NCBI GenBank assembly: GCA_946188345.1
Contig: CAMHUI010000005.1
Location: 25,435-89,434, forward strand
DNA: 64,000 nt
Source: an uncultured Prevotellaceae bacterium
GTDB lineage: Bacteria; Bacteroidota; Bacteroidia; Bacteroidales; Bacteroidaceae
Reading direction: 5' to 3'
Shown: one piece after another, positions 18,682 to 28,956 of the stretch
Position numbering within the stretch: position 1 is the stretch's first letter
Layout: each line of letters opens with the position of its first letter
Notes under the pieces: generated by a model
The model's input: only the letters and a program-made list of their open reading frames with translations
What the model was told of the DNA's origin: nothing
Databases searched by the model: none
Made by a program: the position numbers and the translations under genes

Positions 18682-19688
18682 ACGATATTTACTTCCGGCT
18701 TGATTGCTATTCCGAAGTGTTTCAGCACATCCGTCTGAATGACTCTGCAGAGGGACAATACTTCCTGACCTGTGGCTCCGCCGAGGTTGACAAGCACGAG
18801 CGGCTGCTTTTCATACACTCCGGCACGGCCTACGCTGCGGCCTTTCCAACCGCACTGCTCGATGAGCCAGGCGGCAGGAATCTTCACATGGTCGCTGTCG
18901 ACGTCGTAGTGGGGCATCGCAGGGTATTGCGCAGCCAGCGACTCATAGAAAGACCGCTCCACGATGGGATTCATGAAGAAGCTGCCGGCATTGCCCAGCA
19001 CCTTCGGGTCGGGCAGTTTCTCTCGGCGTATGTCTATGATGGTCTGCCGCAACTCCTCTGCCGTGGGCGATGTGATGCCTTTGGCTGCCAGGGCGCTGCG
19101 GATGTTTCCGTAGTCGAGTTTGGGGATGAAGGTGTTGCTGAGGCGATAGGTGACGTAGGTGATGACGAACCTTCCGCGCCACTCGTCCTTGAATCGGCTG
19201 TAGCGGTAGGCAAATTGGCAGTCGGCATTGTTGAAGAAATATTTCAGTCCTGTAGCGATCTCGATGGCCTCTACGCGCACGATGAGGTCTTTCACCTCCA
19301 CGCCGTAGGCACCGATGTTCTGCACAGCCGAGGCACCGACATCGCCCGGAATGAGCGAGAGGTTCTCGGCTCCATAGATTCCCTGGGCCACACAGAAGCT
19401 GACGACGTCATCCCACTCTTCTCCCGCCCCGCAACGCAAAAGTGTCTTTTCAGTGCCTGAAAGGACCTGCTTCCCCATGACGGCCGAGCGAATCACGGTG
19501 CCTGGGAAGTCGTTCACAGGCAGAAGGTTGCTGCCCCGCCCGACGACCATCAGCGGCGCTTCACGGTCGATGGTGGGCAGCACGGCCAAGAGTTCTTCCT
19601 CTGAGGTGATCTCTATGAAACGCCGGCATCGGGCCTTGATGCCGAAGGTGTTATAGGGAAGAAGGCTATAGTCGTTGGTGTCAATCAT
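18678..19688 (-). CDS. murB: UDP-N-acetylmuramate dehydrogenase
   Basis: GRGSNLL, IPGDVGASAVQNIGAYG, GNAGSFFMNP, PEV. Confidence 0.97.
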   Translation of the reverse strand: MIDTNDYSLLPYNTFGIKARCRRFIEITSEEELLAVLPTIDREAPLMVVGRGSNLLPVNDFPGTVIRSAVMGKQVLSGTEKTLLRCGAGEEWDDVVSFCVAQGIYGAENLSLIPGDVGASAVQNIGAYGVEVKDLIVRVEAIEIATGLKYFFNNADCQFAYRYSRFKDEWRGRFVITYVTYRLSNTFIPKLDYGNIRSALAAKGITSPTAEELRQTIIDIRREKLPDPKVLGNAGSFFMNPIVERSFYESLAAQYPAMPHYDVDSDHVKIPAAWLIEQCGWKGRSVGRAGVYEKQPLVLVNLGGATGQEVLSLCRVIQTDVLKHFGIAIKPEVNIV

Positions 19689-19700
19689 TATCTCATTAAT

Positions 19701-20522
19701 TTAATTGGAGAAACTCATCAATTTCCACTTGTTCTGCCGCAGGCTGAAGGTCAGCTGCGTCTCCTCCTCGTCGGCAATGCCGTGAATGACGAACAGCTTG
19801 TTGCGCCCTTCTGGCAGGGGTTCTCCATAGACAATATTATAGATGGTGTTCGACGGCACGACGCTGGGCCGGAAGGTGTCCCATTGTCCCGGTTCCATCG
19901 TACCCGATATGGTCTCCAGTTCGTCGTCGGGGTCGACGGTGGTGAACGTCACCCGGTGGTTGAGGCTCTGCACCTGGAACAGGCTGTCGGTGGAGAAACG
20001 CTGATAGAAGTCGAGGAAGGAGGAGTTGTGGTTGTCCTTCATCAGCTGATGGTGAATGGTAGTGAGCATCCAGCATCCGTCTTCCCTTTCAAAGTCATAC
20101 TGCGAGACGAAGCCAGCATCCAGGTTGATGCGCTCGACGACGGCTTTGGTGAGCGAGGTGTCGCGGGCAGCCTCCATCTGCGCAGGATTGTCGAAGATGA
20201 GGGTGTAGAGGCCATCCTCCATGAAGAACGGATCGACATTCCACTCGCTTCGCTCAATCTGCATGCGCGTGCCCTCCGCGTCGAAAACGGGCAGGGGGAA
20301 GTGGATGCGCTGGCGCTGCAGCCGCTCATTGGTGGAGAAGTTGAAGAAGAAGTCGTCGAAGAGTCGGTCGGCAGCCATCGGCACCGCAACGGTGTCGTCG
20401 GCCAGCTCAGCCGCATTGGCAACATCCGAGGGTTCAGGCTGGCTCTTACGGCATCCTGACAACAATCCGAAAGCTAACAGACAGGCTGACATGGTCAAAA
20501 CCTGAAAATTTGTTCTTTTCAT
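19701..20522 (-). CDS. DUF4348-like lipoprotein
   Basis: Lipobox LSGC; FDDFFFNF..QRQRIHFPLP repeated as FLDFYQRF..Q. Confidence 0.75.
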   Translation of the reverse strand: MKRTNFQVLTMSACLLAFGLLSGCRKSQPEPSDVANAAELADDTVAVPMAADRLFDDFFFNFSTNERLQRQRIHFPLPVFDAEGTRMQIERSEWNVDPFFMEDGLYTLIFDNPAQMEAARDTSLTKAVVERINLDAGFVSQYDFEREDGCWMLTTIHHQLMKDNHNSSFLDFYQRFSTDSLFQVQSLNHRVTFTTVDPDDELETISGTMEPGQWDTFRPSVVPSNTIYNIVYGEPLPEGRNKLFVIHGIADEEETQLTFSLRQNKWKLMSFSN

Positions 20523-20626
20523 AACCCAGTGTAATATATTTTGACTACAAAAGTACAATTATTTTTCGAGAAAGTGCCCGTTTTGACAGAAAATTATTAA
20601 CTTTGCAGACAAATTTTTGAAAGACT

Positions 20627-21664
20627 ATGATACTCGAGAAAATAGAAGCCCTCCTGAACGAGGTGAACGACCTGTCGGCACAGAACGCCGAGGAAATTGA
20701 ACAACTGCGACTGAAGTACCTCAGCAAGAAGGGTGAGATTACCCAGCTGATGGCCGACTTCCGCAATGTTGCCGCCGACCAGAAGAAGGTCGTCGGTATC
20801 AAGATCAACGAGCTGAAGCAGCTTGCCCAGCAGCGCATCAACGAGCTGAAAGAGCAGGTTGAGACGAAGAACGACGACAGCCAGGACATCGACCTGACCC
20901 GCACGCCCTACCCCATCCGTCTGGGCACACGCCACCCGCTGACCATCGTGAAGAACCAGATTATCGACATCTTCTCGCGCATGGGCTTCACCCTGGCCGA
21001 GGGACCGGAAATCGATGACGACCTGCACGTGTTCACCAAGCTCAACTTCGCCGCCGACCACCCTGCACGCGACATGCAGGACACCTTCTTCATCGAGACC
21101 AACCCCAACGACGTTGCCAAGAACGTCATTCTGCGTTCCCACACCTCCAACGACCAAGCTCACTACATGGAGACCCATCAGCCTCCCATCCGCGTCATCT
21201 GCCCGGGCCGCGTCTATCGCAACGAAGCCATCTCAGCTCGCGCACACTGCTTCTTCCATCAGGTGGAAGGACTCTACATCGACAAGAACGTTTCGTTCAC
21301 CGACCTGAAGCAGGTGCTCCTGACCTTTGCCCGCGAGATGTTCGGCGCTGACACGAAGATACGCCTGCGCCCCAGCTACTTCCCCTTCACCGAGCCATCG
21401 GCAGAGATGGACGTCAGCTGCACCATCTGCGGCGGCAAAGGATGCAGCCTCTGCAAGGGAGAGGGATGGCTCGAAATCCTCGGCTGCGGAATGGTTGACC
21501 CCAACGTGCTCGAGGCTTGCGGAATCGACAGCACACAGTATACCGGCTATGCTTTCGGCATGGGCGTCGAGCGCATCGCCAACCTGAAGTATCGCGTCAG
21601 CGACCTGCGACTGTTCTCTGAAAACGACGTTCGATTCCTCGAAGAATTCCAGAGCGCACGATAA
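20627..21664 (+). CDS. pheS: Phenylalanine--tRNA ligase alpha subunit
   Basis: HPARDMQDTF, FHQVEG, FPFTEPSAE, GYAFGMGVER; promoter TAacTTTG at 20598. Confidence 0.99.
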   Translation: MILEKIEALLNEVNDLSAQNAEEIEQLRLKYLSKKGEITQLMADFRNVAADQKKVVGIKINELKQLAQQRINELKEQVETKNDDSQDIDLTRTPYPIRLGTRHPLTIVKNQIIDIFSRMGFTLAEGPEIDDDLHVFTKLNFAADHPARDMQDTFFIETNPNDVAKNVILRSHTSNDQAHYMETHQPPIRVICPGRVYRNEAISARAHCFFHQVEGLYIDKNVSFTDLKQVLLTFAREMFGADTKIRLRPSYFPFTEPSAEMDVSCTICGGKGCSLCKGEGWLEILGCGMVDPNVLEACGIDSTQYTGYAFGMGVERIANLKYRVSDLRLFSENDVRFLEEFQSAR

Positions 21665-21691
21665 GAAATTCTACTGAAACACTATCATAAC

Positions 21692-21728
21692 AAACGCCCG
21701 ACACCAGTGAGTGATGTCGGGCGTTTTT
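21692..21728 (+). terminator. Intrinsic terminator after pheS
   Basis: AAACGCCCGACA...TGTCGGGCGTTTTT. Confidence 0.8.
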
Positions 21729-21801
21729 CTCGTCTTATTCAAAAAACAAAAATTTCTTCACCTCTCGGAACTGCCTTTATACAAAGGGGATGAGAAAAAA
21801 C

Positions 21802-21957
21802 CGTTGTGACCAAAACCAGACATGAAATCTGGTCTCGTCGTGACCAAAAATACGACCCACATCTGGTCTCGTTGTGACCAAGGCCTGGTCTCAATAAGAC
21901 CAAGGGGTGGTCTCGTTGTGACCAAAGGCTGGTCTCATCGTGACCAAGGCTTGGTCA
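21802..21957. repeat. Array of palindromic TGGTC-N7-GACCA units, mostly at 22-bp period
   Basis: Full units start at 21830, 21864, 21886, 21908 and 21930; half units at both ends. Confidence 0.85.
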
Positions 21958-21974
21958 TATAATGAATGGGCACA

Positions 21975-22835
21975 TTAGTGTTGCACTATCTTTACCCCCT
22001 GGCGCACGATGACGCCTCGCGTGGCTGGTGTTGCGGGCGTTCCCTGCAGGGTGTATGCCCTGTTGTCTGCCGGTTTCGACGGTACGGCCTCTGCAGCTGG
22101 GACTGAAGAGCTTCCGCCATTCAGTTTCCGGTATTCCTCGCGTGCCTTCTTCATCTGCTCGAGGAAGCGCTCACTGGTGTGCAGACGGGCATAGGCAGCT
22201 GAGGCAGCCAGACGGGCGGCGTCGGTGTCGCTCTGCCAGTGGGCTCCAACGACCAGGCGGTTCTCACCATAACGATAGCCACGGGTCAGGATTTCGGTGG
22301 CACGGTCGGGGTTTATCTCCATCATCAGTAGGGCCGAGCTCCAACCCAGCAGGGTATGTCCGGAGGGGAAGGAACCGTTCTTGCGCAGCGCCTCCTCGTC
22401 CTCGGGCTTCAGCGTAGGTTCATTGAAGACCATGAAGGGACGCGGGCGCCGATAGGCTGCCTTGGGTATCTTGCAGATACTGTCGCAGGTAGCTGTGCCC
22501 TCGAGCAGCACCTTGTAGATTTCGGGGGTATCCTCCTTGGTGACCTTCATGCCGAAGGCTTCTTCAAATTCTTCAAGAATCGTTTCCAGCCCATAGACGG
22601 CATCGCGAGTGGCTTCGGCAGCACGCTCCGGGTCTTTTCGCATCTCCTTTCCCCAGTAGTAGCGGGCCACGTCGTTCATGAAGGCCACGGAAGTACTGTC
22701 GGGCGGGCCGGGCAGGAAAATCATCATGTCGGGCATCTCGTCCGGAGTGAAATAGGCATTTACGGTTTCCTCTTCTTGCGCCTGCAGCGTCATGGCCAGA
22801 CAGAGCGCAACCATTGTGATTAAGATTTTTTTCAT
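21975..22835 (-). CDS. Class A acid phosphatase (PAP2) with T9SS-like C-terminal tail
   Basis: KxxxxRPRP, SFPSGH and RLVVGAHWQSD; signal peptide; C-terminal AYTLQG...GVIVRQGVKIV. Confidence 0.88.
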   Translation of the reverse strand: MKKILITMVALCLAMTLQAQEEETVNAYFTPDEMPDMMIFLPGPPDSTSVAFMNDVARYYWGKEMRKDPERAAEATRDAVYGLETILEEFEEAFGMKVTKEDTPEIYKVLLEGTATCDSICKIPKAAYRRPRPFMVFNEPTLKPEDEEALRKNGSFPSGHTLLGWSSALLMMEINPDRATEILTRGYRYGENRLVVGAHWQSDTDAARLAASAAYARLHTSERFLEQMKKAREEYRKLNGGSSSVPAAEAVPSKPADNRAYTLQGTPATPATRGVIVRQGVKIVQH

Positions 22836-22913
22836 TGCGGATTGGATATTAGTGTTAAAAACCCTGCAAAATTAGGAAAAAAAGAAGAAAATGCCAAAGA
22901 TTTGCCGGAAGAA

Positions 22914-24038
22914 TCACTCTATGCGCTCGTAATAGCGCAGGGAGTCTGCTGGCATCCAGCCTGGATGGGTCAGGCTGATTATCTCGCGCAGGAGCAGGTC
23001 GGGACGGAAAGAAACTTCCTCGAAATAGGGCTTCCGGGTAGTGTTGCAGGCGTAGACCTCGCCGCCGTTGAGGGCCTTAAGCTGGCTATATCCATGATAC
23101 TCTGCCTGCAGCATGTCGCGCGTCAAGGGCTCTGGTCCATTGTATTTCACCAGCCAAAGGTCGCTCTGGCCGGCCTTGTCGAGCACCTCCTCGAACGACA
23201 GTGGCAGCGAGCCGCTATGCTCGTCGGCTGCCCAGGCGTAGCCGGCATGGGCATCGGCCAGCATGACACCCATGGTGCTCCGCCCGCCCGGCACGTACCA
23301 GGTGCTGCCTGTGATGCGCTCGGTCAGTACGGAGCGTCCCTTCGGCATGGCTGCCGCCTCACCGCAGAGCTGCCGGTAGGTGCTGTCCACGGTCTGGAAG
23401 AGCGAGTCGGCCTCGTGGCTGCGACCATAGAGCAGACCATAGAACCGCATCCATGCTGCCCGCCCGAGCGGCGACGTCTCCATATAGTCGGCCGTCTCGA
23501 CGATGGGGATGCCCGTCTGCTCGAGGCGCCCGTAGCCACCGCTGTTCTCGAAGGGAGAGATGAGGAGCACCTGCGGACGCAGGTCGACTATATTCTCGAC
23601 CATCGGCAGCATGCCGTCGCCGCAGTCTTCGGCATGGGCTCGCACCCAGGGGATATTGATATACTTCATGTCGCAGACACCAGTGATGGCTTGCCCTGCT
23701 CCCAGCCAACAGAGCAGTTGGCAGTGGGCTGCGGTGAAGACGACACTACGCTCGACGGGTGTATAGATAAGGGTTCCGTCGGGCAGGTCTCTGACGCGAG
23801 CGGAGTCTTTCCGGCTGACAAGGACATAGGTATGCAGGGTGCGGTCCTGCTTCCAGGGGTCGCGGATGTCGACGCGCCAATAGCCGTCACCCTGGGTCAT
23901 GGAGAGGAGGGAGGCATGAGGACTCCGCCCCCCATCCTGCCCCACAGGGGAGTGGGCTGTCGGCCGTTTGAAAACAGCTATCAGGATGACAACAGCCAAT
24001 ACCGTCGCGATTGCGGTTAGAATGGTCTTCTTTTTCAT
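22914..24038 (-). CDS. btuF: Cobalamin ABC transporter substrate-binding protein (BtuF-like)
   Basis: DYMETSPLGRAAW, WYVPGG, YFEE..RPD; in the B12-riboswitch operon. Confidence 0.8.
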   Translation of the reverse strand: MKKKTILTAIATVLAVVILIAVFKRPTAHSPVGQDGGRSPHASLLSMTQGDGYWRVDIRDPWKQDRTLHTYVLVSRKDSARVRDLPDGTLIYTPVERSVVFTAAHCQLLCWLGAGQAITGVCDMKYINIPWVRAHAEDCGDGMLPMVENIVDLRPQVLLISPFENSGGYGRLEQTGIPIVETADYMETSPLGRAAWMRFYGLLYGRSHEADSLFQTVDSTYRQLCGEAAAMPKGRSVLTERITGSTWYVPGGRSTMGVMLADAHAGYAWAADEHSGSLPLSFEEVLDKAGQSDLWLVKYNGPEPLTRDMLQAEYHGYSQLKALNGGEVYACNTTRKPYFEEVSFRPDLLLREIISLTHPGWMPADSLRYYERIE

Positions 24039-24102
24039 CTCTTCACTGATTGAAGCGCCCCAACCCCTTCTTCATGAGGGGTTGGGAGCTGTAGGGGGGA
24101 AC

Positions 24103-25194
24103 TTACTTCGTCAGGAACACCATCTTGTTGGGGCTGACTCCCGGCACGACAAACGAGCTCTTGAAGCTGTCGTTGGCATCAAAGACGTAGACGATGCCTT
24201 CCGTGGCATAGTCTGTATAGCCGATGTAGAGCGAGCCGTCAACGTGATTGACTGAGAGGAAATAGGGAACGGCAGCTCCCTCGGTCATTGCCTTGGGAGC
24301 GTTGTTGAGTTTCCACTCTGTCACCTTGTCGGCCGTGGCATCATAGACCTTGAATGTCATCGTATAGGTCACCCAGTCGGGCGAGATAGAGTTCACCATG
24401 TAGAGGCGGTCGCCTGAGGCCAGCACGCGGCCTGCATGACCTATCTCGCTGGTGGCACAGGTCGTGACATCGTAGACACCGACAGGATTGGAATAGTCGG
24501 CTCCATAGGCAGAGACATAGAGGCGGCCGTTGGCCTTCTGCAAGCCGTATGGGTTGAAGAGGGTCTCATGGGAGACTGCCTTGTCGAACTTCTTGGTATG
24601 GATGGCTGAGAGGGTGTGGCCTGTTCCATAGCCAGAGTTGACGCAGTAGAGGGAGTCGCCCAGCTCTACAATCTGTTCGGGGTTGGCATCGACGGCCACC
24701 TTTGCCTCAAGGGCCAGCGTCGTGGCATCGAAACGCGCCACAAAGCCGCCGTAACAGGTGACATAGAGCTTGCCGTCAACAGCCACGATATTGCGCGGCT
24801 GGCCGAGGCCGTCGGCCTCGAAGCTGGCATAGCGGGCCTGCTCAACTCCGGAGCCGTTCAGGCGCAACAGCACCTCAGATACATTCACGACAACATAGAC
24901 ATCACCCTTGTAGGCGATGATGTCGTTGGCCGTGTCGCCCAGCTTCTGACCGTTCTGCACCTCATAGATATCGCCCTCCATGATGGATTTCGCCGCAGGG
25001 TCGTAGAAGAAGAGGTGAGAGTTGTTCTTACCGTACTGGCCTTCGCAGAGCACAAAGCTGCGATAGCTGGGCAGGTCGACTTTCGAGCCCTCGCGCCAGT
25101 CGGCTTTTTCCTCATCGTCATCACAAGCCGTAAAGGCCATTGTCACACACAAGCCACACAGCGTGGCATAGAAAAATTTTCTTACGTTCATCAT
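24103..25194 (-). CDS. BtuG-like beta-propeller surface lipoprotein (YncE/DUF5074)
   Basis: Lipobox FTAC followed by acidic DDDEE; CEG, NGQKLGDTAN and propeller repeats; adjacent to btuB. Confidence 0.8.
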   Translation of the reverse strand: MMNVRKFFYATLCGLCVTMAFTACDDDEEKADWREGSKVDLPSYRSFVLCEGQYGKNNSHLFFYDPAAKSIMEGDIYEVQNGQKLGDTANDIIAYKGDVYVVVNVSEVLLRLNGSGVEQARYASFEADGLGQPRNIVAVDGKLYVTCYGGFVARFDATTLALEAKVAVDANPEQIVELGDSLYCVNSGYGTGHTLSAIHTKKFDKAVSHETLFNPYGLQKANGRLYVSAYGADYSNPVGVYDVTTCATSEIGHAGRVLASGDRLYMVNSISPDWVTYTMTFKVYDATADKVTEWKLNNAPKAMTEGAAVPYFLSVNHVDGSLYIGYTDYATEGIVYVFDANDSFKSSFVVPGVSPNKMVFLTK

Positions 25195-25231
25195 AATTTT
25201 TATATTTTAAGGATTTAACTGTCTTGCATTT

Positions 25232-27241
25232 CTAAAACTTCAATGTCACCCCTGCCTGCCAGTGCCGGCCTGGCATGGGATAGAACTGGATGATATCGAA
25301 CTGAGTATCGGCAAGGTTCATCACACTGGCCGACAGGCCCAGTTCTCCCCATCTGAGGCGGAAGTCGCGGGAAAGGGTGATGTTATGCTCCGCATAGGGC
25401 TTCATACGGCTGTCGGCATTGTGGAGCACGGCGCTATAACGCTCGCCACAGGCCTGCATGGAGTAGCCCAGAGAGAGCCATGGGGTCTGGACGATGGCCG
25501 AGACGGCGGCGCAGTGTCGCGGGGTATAGGGCAGCTGCTGATTATAATAGGAACGCTGCGGGTCGGTCTTGTCGACAGCCCTCTGCAGGGTATAGGAACC
25601 CGTCACGTCGACATTCCATCCGGTCACAAGGGGCCATCGAGCCTGCACCGACGTCTCGAGGCCACTCATGGCGACACGCCCGAAGTTCATCATCCGCCAG
25701 ACGTATGCCGAGGGGAAGGCCACTATCTTGTCGTGGACATGGCTCAGATAGCCGTCGGCCGTTGCCTCTACAAACACCTTATTATATATAGTGCCGCTCC
25801 ATGTCACGCCGAGGCCATACATCCGAGCCTGCTCGGGACGGAGGCTGACGGTGCCGAAGCGACGGTAGTAGAGGTCGTTGAATGACGGCAGGCGGAACGT
25901 GTGCTTCATCATGGCCCTCAGATAGAGCGTTTCACCGGGCAGCACCTTCCATGAGGCCGACAGTGCAGGCGAGAGGCGCCGATGGTCGCGCCGTGAGTCC
26001 ATCTCCTGGCTCACAGCTCCCGACCTTGAGATGCGGTCTTGCGACAAGGTGCCCACCAGATGGGCATCGAGGGTGAGCCGAGAGGCTGAATAGCGCGCCG
26101 AGAGCGCTGTAAGGGAGGTCCACCGCTCTGGGTCGGCACCTACATAGATATTGTTCCTCAGCGTGCCATAGGCCACGTCTTCTGCCAAGGCCACGCCGAA
26201 GGTCCGCACAGGCTGCCACGCCACGGAGACGGAGGCATAGCGCTCGGTCTGATGGTTCAGGTCGACTTGCCGGCCACCGGCATACTTCACGTTGATGTCT
26301 TCATAGCGGTTCCACGCATGGTCATAACGCAGGCGGGCTGCCATCGAGAGCGCCTTGCCCAGCGGACGCTGGTAGAGTGCCTGCACAACGTAGTTCTCGT
26401 CCCACAGCCGCTCACGGTTGTCTTTATTATAAAGGATGACGCCTCCGGGGAGTCCGCGCTCCGAGTGATAGGCCTGCGCCTTGACATGCAGGCGAGCACC
26501 GTCGGCAAAGGCATGACGAAGATTGGCCTCGCCCTGCCAGGCTTCCATATCAGAATAGAGCCGACGCTCTCGGGTTACCACCGACCCGTTGCGCAAGGTA
26601 AAGGGATAGTCGCCGTCGGCCCTCAGAAGGCTGCCGTCAAGACAGAGCGCCGTTGTCTGGCCGAGCCGTTGGCGATAGCGTAGCGAAGGACTCACGTAGC
26701 CAAACGACCCGCCGCGGAGAGAGACAGAGCCCCCTCCCCCAGTCTCATCCGTCGTGATTGTCACCACCCCTGCCGAAGCATAGTGGCGGGCAGAAAGCAA
26801 CAAGGCATCGGCCTGGCCGACAGCCATGCTGAGGCGGCTGACGTTGTCGAGCTGATAGTGGGAAAGGTCAATCTGGCCCGCCTGCGTGTTGCTCACGACG
26901 AGGCCGTCGTAGCTCACTGCCGTGTGATGGGCTCCGAGATTGCGCACCGAGACGGTCTTCAATCCGCCGATGCCCCCATAGTCACGCACGGTGACGCCCG
27001 CCAACTGTCTCAGGGCATCTGGCAAGGCTGTCAGTCCGAGACGCTGCATACGCTCGCGGTCGATGGAGCGAGTGGGAGCCGGCGACGTAATATCAGAAGA
27101 AGGAGCATGCGCCGTCACCTCCACATCGTCTAACAGTCGGTGTGCGAGTGTGTCGACGTCAGTCTGTGCCCAACCGCTAAGCACGGACATGATTGTCAAC
27201 ACCATTATCAGGATCAGAAACTTTATTCTCAAGATTCCCAA
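25232..27241 (-). CDS. btuB: TonB-dependent cobalamin receptor
   Basis: DYGGIGGLKTVSVR, GQIDLS, PSFNDLYY, C-terminal PMPGR...LKF; downstream of a cobalamin riboswitch. Confidence 0.88.
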   Translation of the reverse strand: MGILRIKFLILIMVLTIMSVLSGWAQTDVDTLAHRLLDDVEVTAHAPSSDITSPAPTRSIDRERMQRLGLTALPDALRQLAGVTVRDYGGIGGLKTVSVRNLGAHHTAVSYDGLVVSNTQAGQIDLSHYQLDNVSRLSMAVGQADALLLSARHYASAGVVTITTDETGGGGSVSLRGGSFGYVSPSLRYRQRLGQTTALCLDGSLLRADGDYPFTLRNGSVVTRERRLYSDMEAWQGEANLRHAFADGARLHVKAQAYHSERGLPGGVILYNKDNRERLWDENYVVQALYQRPLGKALSMAARLRYDHAWNRYEDINVKYAGGRQVDLNHQTERYASVSVAWQPVRTFGVALAEDVAYGTLRNNIYVGADPERWTSLTALSARYSASRLTLDAHLVGTLSQDRISRSGAVSQEMDSRRDHRRLSPALSASWKVLPGETLYLRAMMKHTFRLPSFNDLYYRRFGTVSLRPEQARMYGLGVTWSGTIYNKVFVEATADGYLSHVHDKIVAFPSAYVWRMMNFGRVAMSGLETSVQARWPLVTGWNVDVTGSYTLQRAVDKTDPQRSYYNQQLPYTPRHCAAVSAIVQTPWLSLGYSMQACGERYSAVLHNADSRMKPYAEHNITLSRDFRLRWGELGLSASVMNLADTQFDIIQFYPMPGRHWQAGVTLKF

Positions 27242-27320
27242 TCTTCAAACATGACCTGTCAAAAGTCAATACTAAATACTCTTCTCCTGCCCCAATCCAC
27301 GAGGGCTTGGAAAACCAACG

Positions 27321-27490
27321 CAACGGCAGGTCTTCTGACTATGCGGCCAGCAGCGGAACGCCTTCCCGACATCAGTATCTTGGTCAGTGGCATTGAGTTC
27401 CGCCCTTCTGAAAGGCCGCTCACAGCTGCGGGACAGTCGGGGATTCTCACCCCATTCCCTTTTCATCACTGCATGCGAGTGAACCAATTG
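27321..27490 (-). ncRNA. Cobalamin riboswitch
   Basis: Minus strand: AAAAGGGAAUGGGGUGAGAAUCCCCGACUGUCCCGCAGCUGUGA...GCCACUG...GGGAAGGC...AGUCAGAAGACCUGCC (B12 box); TAccTTTG just upstream. Confidence 0.95.
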
Positions 27491-27736
27491 CAAATGCAAA
27501 GGTACTAATAAAAAGTGAAAATTCGAAAAGTAAAGAGTGAAAAGTGAAATCAGCGAGCGCAAAACAAGAGGATTTTCATTGCAAATAAGCAACATTGTAA
27601 CAATAATACCATGAAATGAACGTTTTGTTTAAGGCAAGAAAACAAAAAAATGACTACCTTTGCATCGGTCAAGGCAACGGTCTATCCGATTGGAGAGTAA
27701 ACACGTATATTTAAAACGAAATAACCATATAGAACA

Positions 27737-28909
27737 ATGAAACAAAACAAGACTCTGACGCTCATCCCCGTGATGCTTGCGTTCTTCGCCATGGGATTTG
27801 TTGACTTGGTCGGCATTGCCTCAAACTATGTTAAGAACGACCTTCAGCTTTCCGACTCGGTGGCCAACATCCTGCCTTCGCTGGTATTCTTCTGGTTCCT
27901 GATTTTCTCCTTACCGACCGGGGTGCTGATGAACAAGATTGGCCGGAAGAAGACGGTCATGCTCTCACTGCTGGTCACGCTCATCTCGCTCGCCATGCCA
28001 CTCTTGGGTAACTCATTCTCAGTGATGCTCTTGTCGTTCTCGCTTCTCGGCATCGGTAATGCCATCATGCAGACCTCGTTGAACCCACTCATCGCAGCCA
28101 TCACCGGTGGCAAGAACCTGGCTTCTACGCTGACCTTCGGACAGTTTGTCAAGGCCATTGCTTCGTTCTCTGCTCCCTATCTGGCCACATGGGGTGCCAC
28201 CAAGGCCATCCCCGATTTCGGACTTGACTGGCGCGTGCTGTTTCTCATCTTCCTGGTCATCGGCACCGTGGCCACTCTGTGGCTGGGAATGACTTCCATT
28301 GAAGAAGAACCGATGGAGGGTGTCGCCTCGTCGGTTGGCAGGCAGTTTGCAGGAAGCGTCAAGCTGTTGGCCAAGCCCATCGTGCTGCTGTCGTTCATCG
28401 CCATCATGTGCCATGTCGGGACGGACGTGGGAATCAACACCACGGCCCCGAAAATCTTGATGGAACGCCTTGGCATCGACCTCACTGCTGCGGCCTTTGC
28501 AACATCGCTCTACTTCATCTTCCGTACCATCGGCTGCCTGACGGGCTCCTTCTTCCTGCGTGTCATGAAGACGAGGTCGTTCTACATTGCCAGTGTCGTC
28601 ATGATTGCTCTCGGCATCCTGCTGCTGTTCTACGAGACCAACCAGTGGATGCTCTATGCTGCCATCGCCTTGGTGGGTTTCGGCAACAGCAACGTCTTCT
28701 CGATGATTATGTCGCAGGCACTGCTGTCGGTACCCGACAAGCAGAACGAGGTGTCGGGCCTGATGATTATGGGTCTCTTCGGCGGCACTGTGTTACCTCT
28801 GCTCATGGGTCTTTGCAGCGATGCCGTTGGCCGCCAGTCAGGTGCCGTATTTGTGTTGGCGCTCGCTACGCTCTACCTGGTCTATTACACCAAGATCGTG
28901 AAGAAATAA
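27737..28909 (+). CDS. MFS sugar transporter (FucP/GluP-like, probable fructose permease)
   Basis: About 12 TM helices; FFAMGFVDLVG and QTSLNPL; cotranscribed with a PfkB kinase; promoter TAccTTTG at 27655. Confidence 0.85.
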   Translation: MKQNKTLTLIPVMLAFFAMGFVDLVGIASNYVKNDLQLSDSVANILPSLVFFWFLIFSLPTGVLMNKIGRKKTVMLSLLVTLISLAMPLLGNSFSVMLLSFSLLGIGNAIMQTSLNPLIAAITGGKNLASTLTFGQFVKAIASFSAPYLATWGATKAIPDFGLDWRVLFLIFLVIGTVATLWLGMTSIEEEPMEGVASSVGRQFAGSVKLLAKPIVLLSFIAIMCHVGTDVGINTTAPKILMERLGIDLTAAAFATSLYFIFRTIGCLTGSFFLRVMKTRSFYIASVVMIALGILLLFYETNQWMLYAAIALVGFGNSNVFSMIMSQALLSVPDKQNEVSGLMIMGLFGGTVLPLLMGLCSDAVGRQSGAVFVLALATLYLVYYTKIVKK

Positions 28910-28956
28910 AGCAACGCTCCCCCTCCTGAGGGATGGGGCCTAATCATTAAAAAGAA

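Noticed and set aside
21802-21957. CRISPR array
   Set aside because: Linkers are mostly 4-5 bp, there are no unique spacers of CRISPR length and no cas genes.
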